Of a stretch of DNA of 64,000 nucleotides, positions 25,554-37,734 are shown piece by piece. The number at the start of each line of letters is the position of its first letter. Position 1 is the first letter of the stretch. A program made the position numbers and the translations under genes. The notes below the pieces were generated by a model. The model was not told the DNA's origin. It did no database searches and saw only the letters and a program-made list of their open reading frames with translations. This DNA comes from Octopus sinensis. Its lineage: Eukaryota. The stretch is from the NCBI RefSeq assembly GCF_006345805.1, contig NC_043014.1, forward strand, positions 22,940,001 through 23,004,000. Reading direction: 5' to 3'.

Positions 25554-26809
25554 CGAGGGACGTTCAATAAGTAATGCCTCTGACCCACTTGCAGTTGTTT
25601 GATCTAGCTGAAATTTTGCATGTGCAATCATTTATATCTCTATAGAGTAAGTGGAAAATTACAGCTCTGAATTAATTGTGGTTTCTGATTTACAGGTGTT
25701 TGAACCGAGTCAAGTGTGAAATGGAACCTGTTGAGTGTCGAGCAGTGATCCGGTTTTTGTATTTGAAAGGACGCACACCACGGGAGACTTTTGATGAAAT
25801 GAAAGTAACTTATGGTGATGATGCTCCATCATATGACCTTGTAAAATTCTGGCATCGTGAATTCAAACATGGTCGGAACTCTGTGGAAACAGCTCCCAGA
25901 TCTGGTCGCCCCCTTCTGCCAAGTTGAGGCTGCCATTTTGGAAGATCGACGCATAATTATTTGCCAAATAGCCCATGAGGTCAAGATTAGTACCAGGTCT
26001 GTGGAAACTATCACTCATGACCATTTGCATATGCAAAAGGTGTCTGCTAGATGGATTCCCAGGTTGCTCACGCCTTTCCAGAAGCAAGAACGCATCGAGT
26101 GCTCGAGGGTGAATTTGGAGATGTGCCAAGAAGATGAGTCAAAATTTTTCAAAAGACTGATTACACAGGATGAAACCTGGGTCCATCACGATGATCCAGA
26201 GACGAAAGCCCAGTCAATGCAGTGGAAGCACCGTGACTCACCCCCTCCAAAGAAGGCAAGGGTGCAGCCCTCCGCTGGCAAGGTCATGCTCACAGTCTTC
26301 TGGGAACAGGACGGAGTAGTGATGACAGATTTCCTGGCAAAGGGTACCACAATTGCAGGAGCCTATTATGCTTCACTTTTGAGGAAATTACGAGAAGTTA
26401 TCAAAATCAAGAGGCGGGGCAAGATCAGCAAAGGCATCCTCCTCCTGCAGGACAACGCTCCGGTCCACAACTCGCTTGTCGCCAGATCAGAAGCACAGGC
26501 GTATGGCTATGAACTCCTCCCCCATCCCCCTACTTTCCTGACCTTGCACCCTCTGATTTTCACCTCTTCCCAGTCATGAAGTTGTTTTTGAAAGGAAAGC
26601 GTTTCCCAGATGATGCAGCCTTGATTTCTGAAGTCACGTTCAGGTTGGAGGACCAAGCTGGGGTCTTCTACAAAAACGGTCTCCAGCAATGGGAGAAATG
26701 CGTAACTCTGGGTGATTCCTATGTAGAAAAAGACTAATAACTGTGCCAAGTTTCGTTGCTCTACTGCTATGGGAAGTGGGTCAGGGGCATTACTTATTGA
26801 ACGCCCCTC

Positions 26810-26810
<1 letters not shown>
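25554..26810 (+). mobile_element. Mariner element, copy 2 (same family; small deletions, frameshifts)
   Basis: Same TIRs and transposase as 5020-6310; deletions near 25920 and 26688. Confidence 0.96.
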
Positions 26811-26862
<52 letters not shown>

Positions 26863-26919
26863 GACTCTGTGTGTATATATATATATATGTATATATTTAT
26901 ATATGTGTTTGCTTATCTA

Positions 26920-27264
26920 TATCTAGATATATAAAACTGAGAATGTCTGTCTGCCTGCCTATCTGTCTGTGTGTATGTATGTGTGCATCACTAAACTTGA
27001 CAAACGCCAGACCAATTTCATCTAAATTTTACACATACACTACTTAGGCTTCATGGAGTGTCATGGGCCAAAAAAATTTTCAACTTTTTGCCAAATGCAA
27101 GCCCAGAGTAATCTCTTGGACTGTTTTGATATTACATGGCAAAAGTGAAACAATAACATCTCTATTGTAATGTGAGATAATAGTTTCAGTTTTCATAGTT
27201 TCACTATTAATACTTTCGCTATGTATATAATATATACATAGTGAAACTATTATCTCACATTACA
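26920..27264. mobile_element. Helitron-like fragment with (CTGT)n, ending in an inverted duplication
   Basis: CTATCTAGATATATAAAACTG start then GTCTGTCTG tract; 27166-27188 pairs with 27242-27264. Confidence 0.5.
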
Positions 27265-27283
27265 TATATACATGCATATATCA

Positions 27284-28320
27284 TCATCATCATCATCATC
27301 GTTTAGCATCCGCTTTCCATGCTAGCATGGGTTGGACAGTTCAACTGGGGTCTGGGAAGCCAGAAGGCTGCACCGGGCCCAGTCTGATCTGGCAATGTTT
27401 CTACGGCTGGATGCCCTTCCTAATGCCAACCACTCCGTGAGTGTAGTGGATGCTTTTTACGTGCCACTGGCACAGGTGCCAGACGAGGCTCGCAAACGGC
27501 CATGATCGGATGGTACTTTTTACATGCCATCAGCACGGGACCGGGCAAGGCTGGCAACGGCCAAGTTTGGATGGTTGTCTTACGTACCACTGGCACTAGT
27601 ATCACAGCTACAATTTCCATTGATGTTGATCGATTTTGATTTTGATTTTCATTTTCACTTACCTCAACAGATCTTCACAAGTAGAGTTTTATGTCCCAAG
27701 AAGGAAAGATATGCATAAATGGACTGGCTACATCCCAGGTAGAGGCCACAGGTTCTGGTCTCACTTGTCCTGCCGGGTCTTCTCCCGCACAGCATACTTC
27801 CAAAGGTCTTGGTCTTTAGTCATTTCCTCGGTGAGACCTAAAGTTCGAAGGTCATGCTTCACCACCTCGTCCCAGGTTTTCCTGGGTCTGCTCTTCCACA
27901 GGTTCCCTCAATCACTAGGGTGTGGCACTTTTCACACAACTATCTTCATCCATTCTCACCACATGACCATACCAGCACAAACATCTCTCTTGCACATCAC
28001 AACTGATGCTTCTTAGGTCCAACTTTTCTCTCAAGGTTCTTACACTCTGTCAAGTATGAACACTGACATTACACATCCATCGGAGCATACTGGCTTCATT
28101 TCTTGTGAGCTTACGCATATCCTCAGCAGTCACGGCCCATGTTTCACTGCCATGTAGCATGGCTGTTCGTACACACGCGTCATACAGTCTGCCTTTTACT
28201 CTGAGCGAGAGGCCTTTTGTCACCAACAGATGTAAGAGCTCTCTGAACTTTGCCCAGGCTATTCTTACTCTAGCAGTTACACTTTCAGCAAACCCACCCC
28301 CGCTACTGATTGGTCACCTA
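27284..28320 (-). mobile_element. 5'-truncated RTE LINE, about 1 kb
   Basis: Reverse complement of 54990-56071. Confidence 0.93.
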
Positions 28321-28492
28321 GGTAACAGAAGCTATCAACTATTTCTAGTTTTTCTCCCTGGAATGTGTCTCTGCGCATTTTCAGTGTTTATTGCCCCTGA
28401 GCATCTGCCACATACAAAAACTATCTTCGTAGTTAGCCTTCATACATAATATATACATACATAATATATGACATGCATAAATAATATATATA

Positions 28493-28537
<45 letters not shown>

Positions 28538-28623
28538 GTATGTATTATGTATGTGTGTGTGTATGTATGCTTGTATATTTGTGCATGTGTATATATATCT
28601 GCACGCATATATGTATGTATGTA

Positions 28624-28679
<56 letters not shown>

Positions 28680-28694
28680 TATATATATATATAT

Positions 28695-28880
28695 AGTTAA
28701 TCCAAACATGAAAACACAAAGAGAAAACACAACAACGCGAGGACGTGGAACAAGTATAGTATTATTGGACGCTCAGGAAAGAAGGAAAGAAGGAGGGTTT
28801 AACGTTTTGAGTGGAGCTCTTCATCAGAAACATAGGAAAAGGAAAGATCCAAAGAAGGGAAGACAGAGGAAAAAAACTTG
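28695..28880 (-). mobile_element. PLE pLTR fragment with inactivated minimal HHR (28798-28830)
   Basis: Minus: TTT CTGATGA A GAG CTCCA CTC AAAAC GTT AAA (G12A); same family at 4895-4990, 44200-44410 and 46720-46800. Confidence 0.75.
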
Positions 28881-30860
28881 ACAAGTTTATATTTATTACT
28901 AAATATATTTTTAATAAATATTTAATGATTTATTGAATATAGAGTCTGGTAAGTTACAATTTTATTTATTTTATATATTTTGTTATATTTCTGTTATAAC
29001 TTCGTTAAATTATAATTTTGTTATATTAATCTATTTGTATGTAATCTCTTTATATTTGAAATAGATTTATTTAGTTGTTTATTTAATCTATTTTATTTAA
29101 TATAGAAATATAGATTAGTAGATTAATTATTTAGATTTAACTTAATATTTACCTCTATTTTGTATTGTAGTATGAATATAGACATTTATATATGTATTTA
29201 TTAATTATATGATATATGTGGTTGTGTGTGTATGTATATATGTGTATATGTTGATGTGCGTGTATATATATGTATATGTATATACATTTATTTATGTGTG
29301 TATATAGGTGTATGTGTATATATGTATATGTATGTGTGTATGTATGCGTATATGTGTATGTATATGTATATGTATGTATTTATATATATATGTATATATA
29401 TATATGTATATATATATGTATATGTATGTATATTTTTTTATATATTTATGTATACGTATGTATAGTTATACTACAATTTTTGATAAGTATTTATAGATTT
29501 GGTTATGATCACTAATTTTAGCTTATAACTATAAGAGCATGGGAAAGACTTTATAGTATGATGAGGGGTTACTATATAAATAAATTTTTTTATATATTTA
29601 TTAATCATATAAGATTTTTAGAATATATTTAATAATTAGTGGTTTTTAACCATTTAAATCATTTAATTTATTTTGTATTAAGTATTATTTATCATAGTTA
29701 TTTTATTAATAAATATTATAGTATAGAGAGATTTTATTCTTTATTTGTGACTTCATTCTATTTACAATGATAAACGATTAATTTTCCCATTCACAATCTC
29801 ATTGATAAAGCGTAGGTTCCTCACGCTTAATGAATTCTTCAACAATTTATTCTTTTTTTTGCTAATAACATAATTCCACGAGTATTCTTATAAACGCTGT
29901 ACAGACGTTTTCTGATTCAAAATTTTAGTTCATTGCTAAACCTCGCTAAGATAAGTATTTATTTATATTTAAGATCTTCAAATTGTAAATTTTAATACTG
30001 TATAAGTCTTTGGTGTAATAATATTTTCCTTATGTAAATATCGTTGTTTATGTAATGATCTAAGTATCGTAATTTTCTATATTATTAAATATTAAATTTA
30101 AGTTTATTCGTAAGATACTACTTAGCGATAGATTTGTTATTTGATAGCAAGCATACAAGGTGTATTAAGTTAGCCTCTTGTATATACATGTTTTAATAGT
30201 ATTAATTGTAGTTTTAAATTTATAATTAAATTAGATAAACTTTGATAAACTTAGATATGTTTCGACTAAAGATTGGTCCAGGCCATGTCTAATTTAATAG
30301 CATAACTTAGTTATTTCTTTAAATTGATATTCACTAGTTATTCCCATTGATAATTATATTTATAGTATTTATAGTATTTATTCGATAAAAAATATTACTA
30401 CGAATTGATTATTTCTATAAGTATTTTACATAAGATTTCCGAAAGTTCGTTTAAGTTTGTTTATTTGTATTTTGAAATTAGCTATTTCATCTTTAAATAG
30501 GAAAAATTAATTTATTAGGCTTTTATTATATGTGCATATATATTTATTTATAGAGATTATTTTAGATCTTAGTATTTATATACATTTATATATTTTCATT
30601 GATAATTTATATATATTAGTCATTTTTAAATATTTATTTAATTAGATATAGACTAATACTGATATTAGATTATTGGTGGGTTTCCTACCTTATAAATTAA
30701 AATTAATATTTAATATTATAGTCGATTTTGATATAATTATAATTGTTAAGTTTTATGTTTCTAGTTTGATAATAGAGTTTATTATAAGTAAAATTATTAT
30801 ATTATTTATATCTTAAAAATATTGTTTAAATATTTCTGATTATATTTTAGATATTTCAAT

Positions 30861-30932
30861 TAACCTGAAGATTGACTGTAACCATAACTCGAATTATTAC
30901 GAATTGTACAGCCATGAAACGATCGTAGTGTT
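30861..30932 (+). ncRNA. Minimal type I hammerhead ribozyme motif, imperfect stems
   Basis: AC CTGAAGA TTGACTGTA...TACAGCCAT GAAA C GATC G TA GT; palindromic GATC loop III; stem I only about 2 bp. Confidence 0.6.
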
Positions 30933-31166
30933 TTACTCTTTATCTTTTATTAAACTTTTAATACTTTTGATATATATTTAAAATAATATAAATTAATTAA
31001 TTTTATGTATTGGCGTATGTTTTTCATTGTTTGATTTGCCTAATAGTGGTTTTATCTCTAATTTAATATAATATAATATAATATATTTATACTATAAAAT
31101 TGGATTTAATCCTAAATCTGATTTTTCCCTGTAAGTTTGGATTTATTCCCTAATATTTTATTATTA

Positions 31167-31224
<58 letters not shown>

Positions 31225-31316
31225 ATATGTATATATGTATATACAGAGATTTCTATGTATACATATGTATATATATATGTATATATATGAATATATAAAT
31301 ATATATGTACATAAAA

Positions 31317-31707
31317 AATAAGGAGAAAATGGAGAGGTAATTGATAAAATTATTTATTAATTATAACATATCGCAACATCTCTGACAGCTACTTCAATTC
31401 AGAAATCATTAGATAATTAATTTATAAAATTAAAATCATTGTAACATGAATCTCTTCATAGGTAGTGAGGTTATACCGATTAGAAATACATGGCTATGAA
31501 ACCATTAAGAAATTCATAGCAATTATTTCAACATGTACTTGTAGTAAGTATATCCTCACTACCTCTGAAGAGATTCATCCTCTAATGATTTAAATTTTAT
31601 AAATTAATTATCTAATGATTTCTGAATCGAAACAGCTGTCAGAGATGTTGTCATATTTTATGATTAATAAATAATTTTACTAATTGCCTCTCCATTTTCT
31701 CGTTATT
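31317..31707. mobile_element. Fold-back element of inverted PLE termini (arms about 155 bp)
   Basis: 31317-31471 is the reverse complement of about 31553-31707; each arm holds an HHR motif. Confidence 0.88.
31563..31642 (+). ncRNA. Minimal type I hammerhead ribozyme with intact core
   Basis: CT CTGAAGA GATTCA...TGAATC GAAA C AGCT G TC AG; predicted GUC cleavage after 31640; stem I only 2 bp. Confidence 0.7.
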
Positions 31708-31891
31708 CTTTAAATATATATATATATGAAACACAGTTTAAATGATTACCTTATGGTTGATCTTTCTATAGATTTGTAACTAACCAGTATTTTCATTGGA
31801 TTATCCCTTAATAAGGTTTATTACCTTTACTTGATACTATATATAAGTATATATGTATGAATATATATATGTATGCATGTATATATGTGTG

Positions 31892-31936
<45 letters not shown>

Positions 31937-32049
31937 GATGTATATGTATAGGTTTATAAATAGTGATGTATATACATAGATTTATATGTATACATATATG
32001 TATATGTATATATATATGTATATGCATATGTATATACATATTTATGTAT

Positions 32050-32299
32050 GTGCCAGTGGCACGAAAAAGCACCATTGAAACGAGGCCAATGCCAGTGCCA
32101 CCTAATTGGCTCCCATGCTAGTGACATGTAAAAAGCACCCACTACACTCTTAGAGTGGTTGGCATTAGGAAGGGCATCAAGCTGTAGAAACATTACCAGT
32201 TGAGATTGGAGCCTGGTGTGGCCTCCTGGCTTACCAGTCCCACTCAAACCGTCCAACTCATGCCAGCATGGAAAACTGACTTTCAACAATGATGATGAT

Positions 32300-32302
<3 letters not shown>
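32050..32302 (+). mobile_element. RTE 3' UTR fragment
   Basis: Matches the RTE terminal region with (GAT)n. Confidence 0.8.
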
Positions 32303-32337
<35 letters not shown>

Positions 32338-33039
32338 GAAATGAGGTACTCAGAAAATCGGATGGTTTATATTTACAGATATTTATTTGTATATTACATT
32401 TTTTATACATCATATAACTTAGATCATGTATTAGCACTTTCTCCCATTCTAGTGGGGTTTTCAAATTAAACTAAGTTCCTGTGTGAAAAGTTTTGACCAT
32501 TTTATAGTGGTATTCAGTTTGTAGTGGTGGGGAGGAATATAAGACAGTACAAGAGGGTGATGGATGAGGAGACAGTGAGAGAGAGAGCATGTGTGTGTTT
32601 GTGTGTGTGCTTTTGTATTTGGAATGGGTGCTAAAGAAAAAGAGGGGAAGGGAGAGGGAAGAAGAAGAAAAGAATTTTTTTGCTCTGCTGGACAGCATGC
32701 TTACTCCAAGGGGGGTCTAAGATCTTGGGGAAAAAGAATTTCAGTTTTGACCATTTCATAGTGTTGAGTGTGTGGTGGCGGGGAGGTAGACCATAAATTA
32801 TATTTCTTTTTATCATTGTGAGAGAGTGTGTGTGTGTGTGTTTAATGAGAGATGGTCAAATGGTTTTTTGGGTTTAGAGAAGAAGAATTCTTTTTATGAT
32901 TGTTTTGTGAAGGTGTGTGTGTGTGCACGTGTGTGGGTGGGTGTCTGTGAGTTTGGAGAAGGGAAGAAAGAAGAGGAAAAAAAAGAGGAAGGAGAAATAA
33001 TTGTGTTGATATTTATACCACTATATATATATATATATA

Positions 33040-33077
<38 letters not shown>

Positions 33078-33444
33078 TATATATACATATATATATATAT
33101 ATAATATATATATATTATAGATATATATATAGTATTATATATATAATATATAGATAGATAGATATATATTTATATACATATATATAAAATATTAGAAAAA
33201 AACACCTTTTATCAATTCAAAAGGAATAATTAAATTACACCATCTAGAAAATTACATATCATAGAAAAGTTAAAATTAAAATAACAATTAAAAAGTAAAG
33301 ATTAAGTAAATTACAAAAATAATATAATGTATATAATAGGTAAAATATAAACATATACTAAATGCTCCATAAAAGAAATATATATTAAATTGTAAATTGA
33401 AAGATTTGACCTTCAATGTATGATGAGTAAAATTTCATAAAGTC

Positions 33445-33702
33445 TATACTTGAAAAAGAGACTCTTGTGTTGAAGTTACAAATGACAGAATACAAACTGA
33501 CAACTACTGAGTCTATTGTCTGATTTTCAATTGATTTAGTCAAATATCTCACTGATTGACAGCTAAATGAATATTAAGTTTTATCATACAGGAGCAACTG
33601 GTTCCACAAATTAAAGTGAAATGGTTTCATTCAAATATTAGAATATCCTTTGTTCAATGTTGTATTTTCCAAAAATCAAAACATATGTGTTGAACTGTGT
33701 GT

Positions 33703-33747
<45 letters not shown>

Positions 33748-34007
33748 TGTTTAATACAGTCCATACTTGAAAAAGAGACTTTCTTGTGTTGAATTTACAA
33801 ATGATAGAATACAAATTGACAACAACTGAGTCTGTTGTCTGATCTTCAGTTGATTTAATCTAATATCTCACTGATTGACAGTTAAATAAATATTTGGTTC
33901 CACAAATTAAAGTGAAATGGTTTCATTCAAATATTAGGATAGCCTTTGTTCAATGTTGTATTTTCAAAAACCAAAACATATGTATAGAACTCTGTGTGTG
34001 TGTGCAT

Positions 34008-34043
<36 letters not shown>

Positions 34044-34050
34044 TTAATAC
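33445..34050. repeat. Tandem duplication of about 320 bp, probably PLE terminal sequence
   Basis: ATACTTGAAAAAGAGACT...AAACATATG plus (TG)n repeated at about 33447 and 33763. Confidence 0.8.
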
Positions 34051-34079
34051 AGTTTACATAGCAAATTTGGTCCTTATTA

Positions 34080-35240
34080 TAGAGATATTTTCAGCCATTC
34101 AATTTGGGGGAGAACTTAGTTATGAAATATTTTTCCATATTCCTCCTGAAAGAGGTGTCGTTCTTTGGACATTTGTAGAAGGGAAAGATCTTAAATTTTC
34201 CTCCTCCACATGTAGCTAGGTGTGAACTCAGTGGTATCTTGCGCAGTACTTCCTGTCGAGCATGTTGTCGGTGAATCCTGGCTCGTTAGCACAAAGAGTT
34301 TCCAGTTTCACCGATGTAATCCTCCTTGCACGTGGGGCAGGTTATGCAGTATATTACATTCTGCGTCTTGCAGTTCATATCTGCATTTACTTTAAATATG
34401 TGACCACTTTTAAATTTCATTTCTTTGTCTCCCTCTATGTATTTGTAGGTGGGGTTGCTGCAGATCCCACATCTACCATCTCCGCACTCTTTTACCAAGA
34501 ATTCAGTTTTAGTTTCTGATGAGAATTTCGCTCTTGTTAGATACTCTTTTACTCTCTTTTACTCTTTTACTTGTTTCAGTCATTTGACTGCGGCCATGCT
34601 GGAGCACCGCCTTTAGTCGAGCAACTCGACCCCGGGACTTATTCTTTTGTAAGCCCAGTACTTATTTTATCGGTCTCTTTTGCCGAACCGCTAAGTAACG
34701 GGGACATAAACACACCACCATCGGTTGTCAAGCAATGCTAGGGGGACAAATACAGACACACAAACACACACACGCATATATATATATATACATATATACG
34801 ACGGGCTTCTTTCAGTTTCCGTCTACCAAATCCACTCACAAGGCTTTGGTCGGCCCGAGGCTATAGTAGAAGACACTTGCCCATGGTGCCACGCAGTGGG
34901 ACTGAACCCGGAACTATGTGGTTGGTAGACAAGCTACTTACCACACAGCCACTCCTGCGCCTAGATGTTTCTTTAGGTTTTTGTCTTGTCGTCTACTGTT
35001 CTTTCTGCAATATTTGTTTAGTATGTTTTCCAATTTGGGGCTTTGTAAGGCTATTGGCAGGTTTGAATGTATGATTTGGAACATGTTGGTAACTCCAGGG
35101 TTGTGCGTGTTTATAAAAGGGATAATGTTTTCTTTGTTTTTTGTTTTCGGTGTCCTGAGTTGTGCGATGTCTAGTTTCATTGCTCTTGTGATTCCATTTT
35201 CTATTAGTTTAAGGGGGTATCTTTGCTCTAGTAGGAAGTT
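34080..35240 (-). mobile_element. Neptune-type PLE 3' part interrupted by a SINE
   Basis: EQRYPLKLIENGI...KNLKKHL | SINE | TRAKF...KECGDGRCGIC...VIYCITCPTCKEDYIGETG. Confidence 0.9.
34545..34960 (-). mobile_element. Young tRNA-derived SINE, full length, inserted in the PLE
   Basis: Reverse complement of the 17423 family; a short ATCTA duplication flanks it. Confidence 0.93.
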
Positions 35241-35257
35241 TATATATACATATATAT

Positions 35258-35289
<32 letters not shown>

Positions 35290-35315
35290 TGTATATATAT
35301 ATATGTATGCATGAC

Positions 35316-35976
35316 CCATCCGTTCGTGTCCGCTGTCAGCCTCGTCTGGCACCCGTGTCGGTGATACATAAAAGCACCATTCGCTCGTGGCCGTTTGCCA
35401 GCTCTGTCTGGAGCCCGTGTCGGTGGCACGTAAAAGCACCATCCGTTCGTGTTCGTTGCCAGCCTTGCCTGGCCCCGTGCCGGTGACACGTAAAAGCACC
35501 GTCCGTTCGTGGCCGTGTGCCAGCTCTGTCTGGCAACCGTGTCGGTGGCATGTAAAAGCACCATCCGTTTGTGTCTGTTGCCAGCCTCGGCTGGCCCCCG
35601 TGCCGGTGACATGTAAAAGCACCGTCCGTTCGTGGCCGTTTGCCAGCTCTGTCTGGCCCCATGTCGGTGGCACATAAAAGCACCATCCGTTCGTGTCTGT
35701 TGCCAGCATCGCCTGGCCCCGTGCCGGTGACACTTAAAAGCACCATCCGTTCGTGGCCGTTTGCCAGCTCTGTCTGGCACCTGTGTAGGTGGCATGTAAA
35801 GAACACCCACTACACTCACGGAGTGATTGGCGTTAGGAAGGGCATCCAGCCATAGAAACACTGCCAGATCTGACTGGGCCTGACGAAGCCTTCCAGCTTC
35901 ACAGACCCCAGTTGACCCGTCCAACCCATGCTAGCATGGAAAGCGGACGCTAAATGATGATGATGATGATGATGAT
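35316..35976 (+). mobile_element. RTE 3' UTR with eight tandem units of about 61 bp
   Basis: Unit starts at about 35316, 35377, 35439, 35499, 35561, 35622, 35683 and 35743, followed by the standard terminus and (GAT)n. Confidence 0.92.
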
Positions 35977-36190
35977 GTATATATGTGTATATATGTGTAC
36001 ACATATAAGTATGTATATATATATATGTGTAAATATATAAATGTATGTTTATAGAAGTATATGCATAGATGTATATGTATATATATATAGATGTATATAT
36101 ATATAGATTTATATCTATATATGTATAAACATACACATGATATATATATATATATATATATATATTTTTATATGGTGTATTGGATACATA

Positions 36191-36231
<41 letters not shown>

Positions 36232-36414
36232 CAAAAACAATTGCAGCATGGAAGGTGTTCATAAGCCATTTACAAAACGCACAAAAACCGTTAGATTCAC
36301 TTCAACATTTAAATTTGATTTGCCAAAATATTTTTCTGTTTTGAGGCTGTGACCTGTTCATTGACAAAATTCTGTGCTGCATATATATATATATGATATA
36401 TTTGATATATATGC

Positions 36415-36600
36415 GATACGCACGAATACCCCCATCGCCCATCACTTCCATTTGGCCAACCACTCCCCTCTAATATCTCCGTCTTTGGTCTCGCCCTTCA
36501 CCACAGATCCACACACTCATAACTCCACCTGGAACACTGTTATTTTTCCAGTCTACAAACACAAATTTCTTTCGGACTCAACACAACCTACTCCTCTTAA
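36415..36600 (+). pseudogene. PLE GIY-YIG extreme C-terminal fragment
   Basis: PIAHHFHLANHS / SNISVFGLALHH resembles the end of the 8290-9600 element. Confidence 0.55.
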
Positions 36601-37479
36601 CAAATATCTCTACAAACTTCTTAAAAAAGCATCATTTTATTTATTTTATTTTATTTTAGTTCATCTTAATTTATCCTCTCTTACACCCACTTTTTTACAC
36701 TGTTACCCTTTACTCAATTTTTTATCGTTTTCCTTCATTTGAATAGTTTAACTTTTTAATTGCATTATTTTTTTATAATTGTATTACTTTCTATTTTATC
36801 CCTTTAATTTTTATTATTTTATCTTCTATTTTCATCTTGCATCTGTTAATTTTTGTAATTATTTTACATCTTGTACCCTTCTCCCTTTCCCCCTTTATTT
36901 ATCGATCTTATTTTATTATATTATTTCTATATACATACACACATACACACGTACATATACACACACGCAAAAATACACGCACGCACATGAACCCACATGT
37001 ACCTCCCACACTCACCACACACACATGCACATACATACACACACGTGCATACACGCACACACACATACACACACAGGAACCTCATAACACAACCTCACGC
37101 ACACACATACACACATGCTCATACACACACACGCACACACACACATGCACACATACAAACATGCACACACATACATACACACACATGCACACATACATGT
37201 AAACACGTACACACAAATACATACAAATACACACACACGCATGCGTATGCATGCACAGAAACATACACATACCTCAACACACAATCCCACGTTCACACAC
37301 ACACACATACACATGCACGCACTCACACATCCACACACACATGTACACACGCACATACTCACATGTATACACACCCGCACATGAACACACACATACCAGG
37401 CAGCGGGACTGAACTCGGAACCATATGGTTAGCAAGCAAGCTACTTACCACACAGCCAATCCTGCACCTATGAATATAG

Positions 37480-37528
37480 AAAATATGGAATGCTTCACGA
37501 ATTTGCGTGTTATCTTTGCGCAGGGGCC

Positions 37529-37561
<33 letters not shown>

Positions 37562-37585
37562 AATATATACCGCCATAGCTACATA
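37480..37585 (-). ncRNA. U6: U6 snRNA copy, probably a pseudogene
   Basis: Minus: CTAAAATTGGAACGATACAGAGAAGATTAGCATGGCCCCTGCGCAAAGATAACACGCAAATTCGTGAAGCATTCCATATTTT; ACAGAGA box and AGC triad intact; 5' stem-loop diverged; microsatellite upstream. Confidence 0.93.
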
Positions 37586-37734
37586 TATATATATGTGTGT
37601 GTGTATAAAACAATACAAACAATACAAACACAAAGCATTTACAAGACAATACAAAAAACACGACGGGACATTCGAAGCCTTCAAGAACCGGATCATCCTC
37701 GCAATTTCATATATATATATTTTAAAAAATTTTT

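Noticed and set aside
35316-35810. CRISPR-like array of palindromic repeats
   Set aside because: No unique spacers; units are contiguous degenerate tandem repeats within an RTE 3' UTR; eukaryotic context, no cas genes.
34938-35924. 328-aa minus-strand ORF
   Set aside because: Chance read-through across the antisense RTE tail repeats, a microsatellite and a PLE fragment; not a gene.
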